Shown piece by piece: positions 49,864 to 59,867 of a stretch of DNA of 64,000 nt. The position numbers were made by a program, and so were the translations under genes. Below the pieces are notes generated by a model. That model was given only the letters and a program-made list of their open reading frames with translations, did not search any database and was not told the origin of the DNA. Source of the stretch: an uncultured bacterium (lineage in GTDB: Bacteria > Edwardsbacteria > AC1 > EtOH8); NCBI GenBank assembly GCA_963780225.1, contig CAWAAX010000004.1:64001-128000 (forward strand), given 5' to 3'. Numbering within the stretch: the first letter of the stretch is position 1; each line of letters begins with the position of its first letter.

Positions 49864-50052
49864 TTATCCGCCTACGCAGAACACCACCCCGATTTATCGG
49901 GGTGGATGAATGCGATAGAAAAGATGCTTCCACCTGCGCTTACGCTTCGGCGGACAGGTCGGCGGATGTCGCCGACAACATAAAGCGGATAACCCAGCCC
50001 ACGGCGGGGTAACTTAGGTCTTGGTACCACGGGCTATGCCCGTGGGGCTCCA
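49864..50052. repeat. Cluster of nested palindromic elements
   Basis: TTATCCGC...GCGGATAA enclosing CCACCCCGATTTATCGGGGTGG and GTCGGCGGATGTCGCCGAC; then CCACGGGCTATGCCCGTGG. Confidence 0.7.
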
Positions 50053-50089
50053 TAAACAAAAATCTTTAATATAAACGTAATTGGAACAC

Positions 50090-51934
50090 ATGTCAAACAA
50101 CACTGAAAAAATGATCCGGAACATAGCCATCATCGCCCACGTGGACCACGGCAAGACCACCCTGGTGGACGCCCTGCTCCGGCAGAGCGGCACATTCCGA
50201 GACAACGAAGAAGTGCCGGAACTGGTAATGGACTCCAACCCCCTGGAACGGGAGCGGGGGATCACCATCTTCTCCAAGAACGCCTCCATCCATTACCGGG
50301 GCTACAAGATCAACATCGTGGACACGCCGGGCCACGCCGATTTCGGCTCCGAGGTGGAGCGGGTGCTCTCGATGGTGGACGGCGTGCTGCTGCTGGTGGA
50401 TGCGGTGGACGGCCCCATGCCCCAGACCCGCTTTGTGCTCTCCAAATCGCTGAAGCTCCATTTAAAGCCCATCGTGGTGATCAACAAGGTGGACCGGGCC
50501 GAGGCCCGGCCCCACTGGGCGCTGGACCAGATCTTCGACCTGTTCGTTTCGCTGGACGCCACCGACGAGCAGCTGGATTTCCCGGTGGTCTATTCCTCGG
50601 GCAAGAACGGCACCGCCACCAACGACCTGCAGCATCCCCAGCAGAACATCCTGCCGCTTTTAGACACCATTGTGGACAAGGTGCCGGAGCCCGAGGGCAA
50701 CCCCGGCGAGCCCTTCCAGATGCTGGTGACCTCCATCGACTACAACGACTACGTGGGCCGGATGGCCATCGGCCGCATCCTGCACGGCTCCATCAAAGTG
50801 ACGGGTAAGGTTTCCCGGATCAGGCGCGACGGCAGCATCGAGACCGGCAAGATCACCAAGCTCTACGGCTTTGAGGGACTGAAGCGGATCGAGATCCAGG
50901 AGGCCGGCTCCGGCGACATCGTGGCCATGGCCGGTTTCGAGGACGTGGACATCGGCGAGACCATCGCCGACCCCGAGAAGCCCGAGGCTTTGCACTATGT
51001 GGACATTGACCTGCCCACCATCGCCATGCTGTTCTCGGTGAACACCAGCCCCTTTGCCGGGCAGGAGGGCCAGTACGTGACCTCCCGCCAGCTGCGGGAC
51101 AGGCTGTACCGGGAGCTGAAGGCCAACGTGGGGCTTAAGGTGGACGACACCGGCTCCCCGGATTCGCTGAAGGTCTCGGGACGGGGCGAACTGCACCTTT
51201 CCATTCTGATCGAGACCATGCGGCGGGAGGGCTACGAACTGGCGGTCTCCCGGCCCGAGGTGATCATGCGGGAGATCGAGGGCAAGCTGTGCGAGCCCTT
51301 TGAATACCTGGTGATAGACGTGGACGACGCCTATGTGGGCCCGGTGATGGAGCGGCTGGGCGGGCGCAAGGCCGAGATGCAGAACATGAAGGCCGACGGC
51401 AAGGGCCGCACCCGGCTGGAATTCATCATACCGGCCAGGGGCCTGATAGGCTTCAGGGGCCAGTTCCTGACCGACACCCGGGGCACCGGGATCATGCACC
51501 ACAATTTCGAAAGCTACCAGCCCTACAAGGGAGAGATCAACACCACCCAGAACGGGGTGCTGGTGGCCATGGAGACCGGGGTGGCCGCCTCCTATTCGCT
51601 GGACGGCATCCAGGAGCGGGGGATGATGTTCGTGGGGCCGGGCGACAGGGTCTACGAGGGCATGATAGTGGGCGAACGGCCCAAGGAGAACGACCTGGTG
51701 GTCAACCTGACCAAGGCCAAGAAGCTGGGCAACCAGCGGTCCTCCGGCTCGGAGGATGCCATCCGGCTGACCCCGCCCAAGATCATGACCCTGGAGGAGG
51801 CGCTGGAGTTCATCGCCGACGACGAGCTGGTGGAGGTGACCCCCAAGTCCATCCGGCTGCGCAAGAAGATCCTTTCGGACATTGACCGCAGAAGGTCGCG
51901 GCGGGTGAAGCCCGGAGCCGAGAACGAGGAGTAG
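50090..51934 (+). CDS. typA: Translational GTPase TypA/BipA
   Basis: [47 protein letters not shown]. Confidence 0.97.
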   Translation: MSNNTEKMIRNIAIIAHVDHGKTTLVDALLRQSGTFRDNEEVPELVMDSNPLERERGITIFSKNASIHYRGYKINIVDTPGHADFGSEVERVLSMVDGVLLLVDAVDGPMPQTRFVLSKSLKLHLKPIVVINKVDRAEARPHWALDQIFDLFVSLDATDEQLDFPVVYSSGKNGTATNDLQHPQQNILPLLDTIVDKVPEPEGNPGEPFQMLVTSIDYNDYVGRMAIGRILHGSIKVTGKVSRIRRDGSIETGKITKLYGFEGLKRIEIQEAGSGDIVAMAGFEDVDIGETIADPEKPEALHYVDIDLPTIAMLFSVNTSPFAGQEGQYVTSRQLRDRLYRELKANVGLKVDDTGSPDSLKVSGRGELHLSILIETMRREGYELAVSRPEVIMREIEGKLCEPFEYLVIDVDDAYVGPVMERLGGRKAEMQNMKADGKGRTRLEFIIPARGLIGFRGQFLTDTRGTGIMHHNFESYQPYKGEINTTQNGVLVAMETGVAASYSLDGIQERGMMFVGPGDRVYEGMIVGERPKENDLVVNLTKAKKLGNQRSSGSEDAIRLTPPKIMTLEEALEFIADDELVEVTPKSIRLRKKILSDIDRRRSRRVKPGAENEE

Positions 51935-51964
51935 ATCCTCCAGAACTTTCACGAAAGAGACTTT

Positions 51965-52825
51965 ATGAGCATCACCAAAAAGAACGTGGCCTGGATGACA
52001 CTGACCGGAGGCCTGGTCATCTTCGTGCTGAAGCTGGCGGCCTATTATCTCTCGGGCTCGGTGGCCCTGCTTTCCGACGCCTTGGAATCCATCGTAAATC
52101 TGTTGGCTTCGGGGCTGATGATCTACGCCGTCTACCTTTCCGAGGAACCGGCCGACCGCACCCACAATTACGGACATCAGAAAGTGGAGAACATCTCCAG
52201 CCTGATCGAAGGGATACTGATCCTGGTGGCCGCGGTGATGATAGCCGAAAAAGCGGTGGGCCGGCTGATAAGGCCGGCGGCGCTGACCAATGTCAATGTG
52301 GCGCTGATGATCTCCCTGGCCGCCACCTCCCTGAACGGCCTGCTTTCCTGGCTGCTGCTGCGGACCGCCCGCAAGTTCGGGTCCCTGGCCCTGGAGGGGG
52401 ATTCCAAGCACCTGCTTTCCGACGTGCTGTCCTCGGTGGCGGTGGTGGTGGGTCTGGCGGTGGCAAAACTTACCGGCTGGTATTTCCTGGATTCGGTCCT
52501 GGCCCTGGCCGTGTCCGGCCTGCTGATCAAGATGGCCATCGAACTGATGAAAAAATCCTCCACCGGACTGATGGACCAGTCCTGCCCGGAGGAGGAGGCC
52601 CGGATCATCGAGGTCTTGAAGCGGCACGACCAGCTGTTCGTGGACTTCCACGACATCAAGACCAGGCGCAGCGGCAACCGGGTCTTTGCCGAGTTCCACC
52701 TTTCGGTGAAGGGCGATAAAACGGTGGAGGAGGCCCATAACCTGACGGACCATCTGGAGGAAGAACTGGGCCAGGAGCTGCCCGAGGTCAGCCTGACCAT
52801 CCATGTGGAGCCGCCCCAGCACTAA
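51965..52825 (+). CDS. Cation diffusion facilitator family transporter
   Basis: SVALLSDALES, PAD..HNYGH.KVE, HLLSD, IHVEP. Confidence 0.93.
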   Translation: MSITKKNVAWMTLTGGLVIFVLKLAAYYLSGSVALLSDALESIVNLLASGLMIYAVYLSEEPADRTHNYGHQKVENISSLIEGILILVAAVMIAEKAVGRLIRPAALTNVNVALMISLAATSLNGLLSWLLLRTARKFGSLALEGDSKHLLSDVLSSVAVVVGLAVAKLTGWYFLDSVLALAVSGLLIKMAIELMKKSSTGLMDQSCPEEEARIIEVLKRHDQLFVDFHDIKTRRSGNRVFAEFHLSVKGDKTVEEAHNLTDHLEEELGQELPEVSLTIHVEPPQH

Positions 52826-52829
52826 TAAA

Positions 52830-52891
52830 GTAAGGGCAGGTTTTAAACCTGCCCCAACAGAAAGCAAGGACATGGCATGCCATGTCCCGAC
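52830..52891. repeat. REP-like palindrome doublet
   Basis: GTAAGGGCAGGTTTTAAACCTGCCCCAAC and GGACATGGCATGCCATGTCC. Confidence 0.75.
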
Positions 52892-52904
52892 AAAGAAAGA
52901 AGAA

Positions 52905-54077
52905 ATGCAAAAGATCACTTTACGCAAGAATCAGGAACGCCGGATCAAGTCCGGGCATCCCTGGGTGTTCTCCAACGAGATAGACAAACTGCCGGACAAC
53001 CTGACGCCGGGGCAGACCGCCCAGGTCTACGACAGCCGGGGCTACATAGTTGGCTCCGGGTTCTACAATCCCAAATCGCTGATCGCCGTCCGGCTGTATA
53101 CCCGGGGCGCCCTGGAGCTGGACCTGGAATTGATGGTCACCAAGATATCCGCTGCCGCCCGGCTCAGGCAGTCCGTGTATCCCGGAAGCTCGGACTACCG
53201 CCTGCTGTACGGCGAGTCCGACGGCCTGCCCGGCCTGCTGGTGGACCGTTACGGCGACCAGCTGGTGATGGAGATCATGTCGCTGGGAATGGACATCCGG
53301 CGGGACCTGATCGTGGAAGCCCTGACCGAAGTGCTGCACCCGGCCTGCATCTATGAGCGGAGCGACAGCTACTCCCGGGTGCTGGAAGGCTTACGGGAGA
53401 CCGAAAGCGTGCTGCTGGGGGCGCTTAAGCCCGAGGTGGTGATAGAGGAGAACGGGCTGAAATTCGCCGTCAACATCAAGCACGGCCAGAAGACCGGGTG
53501 GTTCTACGACCAGCGCGACAACCGGCTGGCCCTGCGCCAGTATGTAAAGGGCAAGAGCGTGCTGGACTGCTTCTGCCACACCGGGGGCTTTGCCCTTAAC
53601 GCCGCGGCCGCCGGGGCCAAATCCGTCCTGGGGCTGGACATCTCGGACCGGGCGATCGAGCAGGCCATCAAAAGCGCCGGGCTGAACAACCTTTCGGGCC
53701 TCTGCCAGTTCGAGTCGGCCGATGTGCTGCACACCTTAAAGGAGCGGGTGGAGAGCGGGGAAAAATACGACGTGGTGATCCTGGATCCGCCGGCCTTCGC
53801 CAAGAACAAGAAATCCATCGAGTCGGCCCTGAAGGGCTACAAGGAGATAAACTTAAGGGCCATGAAACTGCTGTCCCCCGGCGGGATCCTGCTTTCCTGC
53901 TCCTGCTCCTACCACGTGGACGACGAGCAGTTCAAGGTGATGCTGGTGGACGCTGCCCGGGACGCCAACCGGACACTGAAACTGCTGGAGTTCCGGCACC
54001 AGTCCAAGGACCATCCGGTGCTGCTGGCCTGCCGGGAGACCCAGTACCTGAAGTGCGCCATCATGGTGGTGGAGTGA
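52905..54077 (+). CDS. rlmI: RlmI-like class I SAM-dependent rRNA methyltransferase
   Basis: GHPWVFSNE, ESDGLPGL.VD, GQKTG..DQR.NR, LDPPAF, SCS, YLKC; start moved past the REP to ATG 52905. Confidence 0.88.
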   Translation: MQKITLRKNQERRIKSGHPWVFSNEIDKLPDNLTPGQTAQVYDSRGYIVGSGFYNPKSLIAVRLYTRGALELDLELMVTKISAAARLRQSVYPGSSDYRLLYGESDGLPGLLVDRYGDQLVMEIMSLGMDIRRDLIVEALTEVLHPACIYERSDSYSRVLEGLRETESVLLGALKPEVVIEENGLKFAVNIKHGQKTGWFYDQRDNRLALRQYVKGKSVLDCFCHTGGFALNAAAAGAKSVLGLDISDRAIEQAIKSAGLNNLSGLCQFESADVLHTLKERVESGEKYDVVILDPPAFAKNKKSIESALKGYKEINLRAMKLLSPGGILLSCSCSYHVDDEQFKVMLVDAARDANRTLKLLEFRHQSKDHPVLLACRETQYLKCAIMVVE

Positions 54078-54276
54078 TCCTTCGGAAACCATGCAGGGTG
54101 TCTTGCTCAGGACAGACCTCTACCTGCCTGACGGCTTCCACTTTCGTTCGCAATGATATTTTGCATGTCTCAGTGCAAGCTCTCCCCGCATCGGGGAGGG
54201 AGTGAGGGTGAGGTCAGGTGCCCAACCGTTAACAGAGATTCTATACTTCAAATACATCGTACAAGGGAAATAGCAA

Positions 54277-55724
54277 TCATTTCATTTTTTAAAAATCCCA
54301 GGGGTTATTTACAGACCCGATGGCAAGCACCCGGCGGATACCGCCAGGTGCTTCTTATCGCCTTTCCCCTGATCCTGTCCACCGGTTCCTGGGCGGTCCA
54401 GCATTTTGTGGACCGGATGTACCTGGCCTGGTATTCACCAGAGGCCCTGGCTGCGGCCATGCCGGCCGGGATGCTGAACTTTGCGGTGATGACCATCTTC
54501 CTGGGGACGGTGGGTTACGCCGGAACCTTCGTGGCCCAGTATTACGGGGCCAAGCAGAACAAGCAGATCGGTCCGGTCATCTGGCAGGCGGTCTATGTGG
54601 CGGCGGCCGGGTCCATCGCGGTAATGCTGCTGATCCCCTGGGCCGGAGCCATCTTCAAGGCGGTGGGGCACGACCCGCTGGTCCAAAAGTACGAGACCAC
54701 ATATTTCGCCATACTCTGCGCCGGGGCCTTTCCGGCCCTGGTGTCCTCGGCCCTGTCCGGGTTCTATTCCGGGCTGGGAAAGACCATGCCGGTGATGTGG
54801 ATCAACCTGGGGGCCACCGCGGTCAACGTGGTCTTCGATTACCTGATGATCTTCGGCCACGGCGGCTTCCCCGAGATGGGCATGGCCGGGGCCGCCTGGG
54901 CCACGGTCTTCTCGGCGGTGTTCTCGGTCATCGCCTATTCGGCGCTGATCTTCAGGCCGGGATACAACCGGGCCTTCCATACCTTAAGCGGCTGGAGGCT
55001 GGACCGGACCAAGCTCTCCGCCCTGCTCAAATACGGATTTCCCAACGGGGTCCAGTTCTTTCTGGACATGAGCGGGTTCACCTTCTTCATCCTTTTAGTG
55101 GGGCGGCTGGGCAGCGACAATCTGGCGGCCACCAACATCGCCTTCAACGTCAACACCATCGCCTTCATGCCGATGATCGGCTTCGGCATCACCGCCTCGG
55201 TGCTGGTGGGGCAGTACCTGGGCCAGGACGACCCAGAGACCGCCCAGTACAGCGTCTATTCCGGGTTCCACATGACCTTCGTCTACATGACTGCAGTGGC
55301 CCTTCTGTATTTCTTCTGGCCCCAGGTCTTTCTGATGCCCTATGCCGCCCATGCCGATCCCGTCCGGTTCGAGGCCATCCGCCGGACCACCATCATCCTG
55401 CTGCGCTTCGTGGCGGTCTATTCCCTGTTCGACGGCTTCAACATCATATTCTCCTCAGCCATCAAGGGGGCCGGCGATACCAAGTTCGTGATGTACATGC
55501 TGCTGATCCTGTCCCTTTTTACCCTGGTCGTTCCCAGCTACCTGGCCCTCGCCGTCTTTGGAGCCGGGATATACACCGCCTGGACAATCGCTTCGGCCTA
55601 TGTGGTGATACTGGGGCTGGCCTTTTATTTCAGGTTCCGGGGCGGCAAATGGAAGGGGATGCGGGTGATAGAGCCTCTGGCTCCGTCGCTGATCATCCAC
55701 CCGGAGTCGCCGGCGGTGGAGTGA
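54277..55724 (+). CDS. MATE family efflux transporter (start uncertain)
   Basis: FVDRM, VAQYYGA, GFPEMGMAGAAWAT, VGQYLG, KGAGDT; about 12 hydrophobic segments. Confidence 0.88.
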
Positions 55725-55746
55725 TCCATCGGCCGCCGTATTTGAA

Positions 55747-55775
55747 TTGACAGCTATAAAAATTTATGGTAAAAT
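55747..55775 (+). promoter_or_regulatory. sigma70 promoter upstream of the etf operon
   Basis: TTGACA-17 nt-TAAAAT with TG extension. Confidence 0.65.
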
Positions 55776-56075
55776 CAAAATTCTGTACTAAGATTACACG
55801 ATGTTTATTGTGTAATCTTCTTTTTTGGCCATTGCCCACGAAATTCACGAAACAACACCAAATACTTTAAGGTCATTTTTTGTGCGTTTCGTGCCTGCGC
55901 GCTGAAGCCCCGCCACACTTCGACTTAAACTTCGGCAAGCTCAATTCGGCGGCTCAGTGTCCGGCGGAGCGTGGCACGGGAATAACGCACTGGGGCACAC
56001 CTCTCTCCTCCCAGGGGAGAGGCGAAGGAGAGGGGTCAAACTCTGGTAATTCAGCATCAACATTACAGGTATAAT

Positions 56076-56861
56076 ATGAACATCATAGTCTGCATCAAAC
56101 AGGTGCCGGACACCACCGATGTCCGGATAGACCCGGCCACCAACACCCTGATCCGGGAGGGCGTGCCGTCCATCATCAACCCCTTCGACATGTATGCCAT
56201 CGAGGAGGCCTTGAGGATCCGGGAAAAACTGGGGGGCAAGGTCACCGTCATCTCCATGGGGCCGCCCCAGGTGATCGAGGCCCTCAAGGAAGCCGTATCC
56301 ATGGGGGTGGACGAGGCGGTGCTGCTCTCCGACCGGGCCTTTGCCGGGGCCGACACCTGGGCCACCAGCTATACTTTGTCGCTGGGGATCAGAAAAATTG
56401 GGAATTGTGACATAGTGCTCTGCGGCAAGCAGGCCATCGACGGCGACACCGCCCAGGTCGGTCCCGGGGTGGCCGAGTTCCTGGACATCCCCCAGGTGAC
56501 CTACGTCAAGAAGATCGAGGAGATCAGCGATAAGAAGGCCAAGGTCTGGCGGATGACGGAGGACGGCTACGATGTGGTTGAGACCAGCCTGCCGGTGGTG
56601 TTCACCGTGGTCAAGGAGATCAACGAGCCCCGGCTGCCCTCGCTTAAAGGCAAGATGCGGGCCAAATCGTACCAGACCACCATCTGGAAGGCGGCCGACA
56701 TCGGGGCCGACGAGAAGAACATCGGGCTGAACGGCTCGCCCACCAACGTGGTCAAGATCTTCACCCCGCCGGCCCGGACCGGGGGAGTGCTGCTGCAGGG
56801 CGATGTCAACGAAGCGGTGGCCGCCGTGGTCAACGGACTCAAGCAACAGCAGATCATCTGA
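56076..56861 (+). CDS. etfB: Electron transfer flavoprotein beta subunit
   Basis: VCIKQVPD, INPFD, SMGPP, DRAFAGADTWAT, GKQAIDGDTAQVGP. Confidence 0.96.
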   Translation: MNIIVCIKQVPDTTDVRIDPATNTLIREGVPSIINPFDMYAIEEALRIREKLGGKVTVISMGPPQVIEALKEAVSMGVDEAVLLSDRAFAGADTWATSYTLSLGIRKIGNCDIVLCGKQAIDGDTAQVGPGVAEFLDIPQVTYVKKIEEISDKKAKVWRMTEDGYDVVETSLPVVFTVVKEINEPRLPSLKGKMRAKSYQTTIWKAADIGADEKNIGLNGSPTNVVKIFTPPARTGGVLLQGDVNEAVAAVVNGLKQQQII

Positions 56862-56920
56862 CCAGAATACTAAATACTGAATACTGAATACTGAATACGG
56901 GAGACTGGATACTGGATACA
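56862..56920. repeat. Heptamer tract (AATACTG)n
   Basis: AATACTA AATACTG AATACTG AATACTG AATACGG GAGACTG GATACTG GATACA. Confidence 0.85.
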
Positions 56921-56973
56921 GAAAGCCATATTGTAAATTCAATATTCTGTCTTCCATCTTCTACAGGAGCAAA

Positions 56974-58173
56974 ATGAGCGATATAGAGATCATCCAGGAC
57001 AAATGCGTGGGCTGCGGAGCCTGCCTGTCATCCTGCCCCTACGGGGCCATCAACCTAAAGGACAACCTGGCGGTTATTGACGACGACAAGTGCACCCTGT
57101 GCGGGGCCTGCGTCTCTTCCTGCGGCTTCGACGCCATCCTGCTGCGCCAGGACAAGGTGGAGAAGGCCGACATCAGCGGGTATCACGGGGTCTGGGTCTT
57201 TGCCGAGCAGAAGGCCGGGGTGGTCCAAAGCATAGCCTACGAACTGCTGGGTGAGGGCCGCAAGCTGGCCGACACCCTGGGGGTGGAACTTTCGGCCGTC
57301 ATCCTGGGTAACAGCATAGAGCAAGCCTGCCGGGAGCTGGTCTTACGCGGGGCCGACAATGTATATTCGGTGTCCCATCCGTCCCTGGAGAACTTCTGCG
57401 ACGAGCCCTACTCCGTCATCCTGGCCGGCCTGATCGACCAGCACCAGCCGGAGATAGTGCTCTGCGGAGCCTCCACCATCGGCCGGGCATTGATCCCCCG
57501 GGTGGCTATCAAGGTCCACACCGGGCTGACCGCCGACTGCACCGCTTTGGCCATCGACGAGGAGAAGAGGATACTGCTGCAGACCCGGCCGGCCTTCGGC
57601 GGGAACATCATGGCCACCATCATCTGCCCCAACCACCGGCCCCAGATGGCCACCGTCCGCCACAAGGTGATGAAGGAGGCCGTCCCCGACAACTCCCGGA
57701 AGGGTAAGGTGATCAATGTTCCCTACGACCAGAAGATGCCGGCCTCCCGCACCTCGGTTCTGAAAGTGGTGGAGGAGCTCACCAGCATGGTTAAGCTGAC
57801 CGAGGCCGACATCATCGTCTCCGGCGGCCGGGGGATGAAGGGCCCGGAGAACTTCAAGCTGATAGAGGCCCTGGCCAAATCCCTGGGCGGGGCGGTGGGC
57901 GCCTCCCGGGCGGCGGTGGATTCCGGATGGATCCCCTATTCCCACCAGGTGGGCCAGACCGGCAAGACGGTGGCCCCCAAGCTCTACGTGGCCTGCGGCA
58001 TCAGCGGGGCCATCCAGCACCTGGTGGGCATGCAGTCGTCCGACTGCATCATCGCCATCAACAAGGACCCCGACGCCCCCATCTTCAAGGTGGCCAATTT
58101 CGGCATCGTGGGGGATGTGTTTGAGGTTGTCCCGGCCCTGACCAAGAAGCTGCAGGAAACCTGCGGCAAATAA
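56974..58173 (+). CDS. etfA: Electron transfer flavoprotein alpha subunit with N-terminal 2[4Fe-4S] ferredoxin domain
   Basis: [12 protein letters not shown] and [40 protein letters not shown]. Confidence 0.95.
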   Translation: MSDIEIIQDKCVGCGACLSSCPYGAINLKDNLAVIDDDKCTLCGACVSSCGFDAILLRQDKVEKADISGYHGVWVFAEQKAGVVQSIAYELLGEGRKLADTLGVELSAVILGNSIEQACRELVLRGADNVYSVSHPSLENFCDEPYSVILAGLIDQHQPEIVLCGASTIGRALIPRVAIKVHTGLTADCTALAIDEEKRILLQTRPAFGGNIMATIICPNHRPQMATVRHKVMKEAVPDNSRKGKVINVPYDQKMPASRTSVLKVVEELTSMVKLTEADIIVSGGRGMKGPENFKLIEALAKSLGGAVGASRAAVDSGWIPYSHQVGQTGKTVAPKLYVACGISGAIQHLVGMQSSDCIIAINKDPDAPIFKVANFGIVGDVFEVVPALTKKLQETCGK

Positions 58174-58186
58174 AAGAAAGGCAAAA

Positions 58187-58552
58187 ATGTCGGATTTTAC
58201 CGGAATGGGCGGTGCCCTGACCGTCTGCGTGATTTCCCAGAGCATAGTCTTCATCGCCTTGGCTATAATGGCCGGGGTGATATATATGGTGGGAATCATG
58301 GCCGGCAGAAACGACCAGCCGGTGGTCCATCCCCTGGGCGGCCCGGCGCCTGAGATACCGGCAGTATATGTGAATGAGGCCGGGGACGAGGAGGAGCTGG
58401 CCGCCATTGTGATGGGCGCATTGTCGTCGGAGCTTGGCGTTGAACCCGGATCCGCCGCCATCTCCCAACCGGAGAGGAATGCCTCCGGTCCGGAAAGCTC
58501 GTGGCGGATAGTCTCCCTGCAGGAAGCGGCCCAAAGGAGCAACCTTAAATGA
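58187..58552 (+). CDS. OadG-like (gamma/delta) subunit of a Na+-translocating decarboxylase
   Basis: Single TM (SIVFIAL), Pro-rich linker, [17 protein letters not shown] overlap with the beta subunit. Confidence 0.7.
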   Translation: MSDFTGMGGALTVCVISQSIVFIALAIMAGVIYMVGIMAGRNDQPVVHPLGGPAPEIPAVYVNEAGDEEELAAIVMGALSSELGVEPGSAAISQPERNASGPESSWRIVSLQEAAQRSNLK

Positions 58553-59673
58553 GCATCATTTTTGAACACCTGTCAAAGCTGATCCAGATGTCCGGGATGA
58601 CTAATCTCTCCCTGGGCAACGGCATCATGATCCTGGTCTCGCTGGTGCTGGTGTACCTGGCGATCTTTAAGGGCTTCGAACCGCTGCTGCTGCTGCCCAT
58701 AGGTTTCGGGGCCTTTTTGGCCAACCTGCCGCTGTCCAACGTGGTGGGGCCGGAGGGCCTGCTGACCATGATCTATAACGTGGGCGTTTCCACCGAGGTG
58801 CTGCCCACCATGATGTTCATGGTGATAGGCGCACTCACGGATTTCGGGCCGCTGCTGGCCAATCCCATCACCTTTCTCCTGGGCGCGGCCGCCCAGTTCG
58901 GAGTGTTTGCCGCCCTGCTGATAGCGGTTTCGCTGGGTTTCAGTCTGCCCGAGGCGGCGGCCATCGGCATCATTGGCGGGGCCGACGGCCCCACCGCCAT
59001 CTTTACCGCCGGCAAGCTGGCCCCGCACCTGCTGGGACCGATCGCGGTGGCGGCCTACACCTACATGTCTCTGGTGCCTCTGATCCAGCCGCCCATCATG
59101 CGGCTGATGACCACCAAAAAGGAGCGGACCACCGAGATGAAGCAGCTGCGGCAGGTCAGCCACCGGGAGCGGATCGTGTTTCCCATCGCCATCTCCATCA
59201 TCACCGCCCTGCTGCTGCCCCAGGCCATCGCCCTGATAGGGACCATGATGCTGGGGAACATCATCCGGGAGAGCGGAGTAACCGAGCGGCTTTCCAAGAC
59301 CCTGCAGAACGAGCTGTGCAACATCGTTACCATCCTGCTGGGGGCCTCGGTGGGGTCCACCATGGAGGCCGCCAATTTCCTAAGTTTCTCCACACTAAAG
59401 ATAGTGTTGCTGGGGCTGGTAGCTTTTAGTTTCAGCACCTTCGGGGGGATGCTGCTGGGAAAATTGTTCTACCTCCTGAGCGGCGGAAAGATCAACCCCC
59501 TGATCGGATCGGCCGGGGTCTCGGCGGTGCCGATGGCGGCCCGGGTGACCCAGGTGGAGGGACAGAGGGAGAACAAGCACAACTTTCTTTTGATGCACGC
59601 CATGGGGCCCAACGTGGCCGGGGTGCTGGGGACGGCCATGGCGGCCGGGGTGCTGATCTCGTTACTGAAGTGA
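58549..59673 (+). CDS. oadB: Na+-translocating decarboxylase beta subunit
   Basis: [51 protein letters not shown]. Confidence 0.93.
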   Translation: MSIIFEHLSKLIQMSGMTNLSLGNGIMILVSLVLVYLAIFKGFEPLLLLPIGFGAFLANLPLSNVVGPEGLLTMIYNVGVSTEVLPTMMFMVIGALTDFGPLLANPITFLLGAAAQFGVFAALLIAVSLGFSLPEAAAIGIIGGADGPTAIFTAGKLAPHLLGPIAVAAYTYMSLVPLIQPPIMRLMTTKKERTTEMKQLRQVSHRERIVFPIAISIITALLLPQAIALIGTMMLGNIIRESGVTERLSKTLQNELCNIVTILLGASVGSTMEAANFLSFSTLKIVLLGLVAFSFSTFGGMLLGKLFYLLSGGKINPLIGSAGVSAVPMAARVTQVEGQRENKHNFLLMHAMGPNVAGVLGTAMAAGVLISLLK

Positions 59674-59798
59674 AATCATCGTCTTCATCTGGTATGGATG
59701 AAACAGGGGTCTTTTATGGGACGCCGATTTGCGCAGATTAGGCAGATCTTTTTTGGAGAGGCTAAGTCTAACCTGAGGTATTATCAGTTTCTCCAAAA

Positions 59799-59828
59799 TA
59801 ATTCCTGTCCTTCATGGATTCCTTATAA
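59799..59828. repeat. Solo copy of the GxxExxY right-end core
   Basis: TAATTCCTGTCCTTCATGGATTCCTTATAA. Confidence 0.8.
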
Positions 59829-59867
59829 TGTAAATCTTAAAAAATAAATTTATAGAAGGGCGCAACA

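Noticed and set aside
52803..52904. N-terminal extension of RlmI in the ORF track
   Set aside because: It is translated REP palindrome sequence; family similarity starts at MQKITL. The same applies to the 28594-28704 extension.
50660..52927. 755-aa minus-strand ORF
   Set aside because: Antisense shadow of typA and the CDF gene, expected from GC-rich codon bias.
54320..55750. 476-aa alternative-frame ORF
   Set aside because: Overlaps the MATE gene in another frame; low-complexity Arg/Gly/Pro composition with no motifs.
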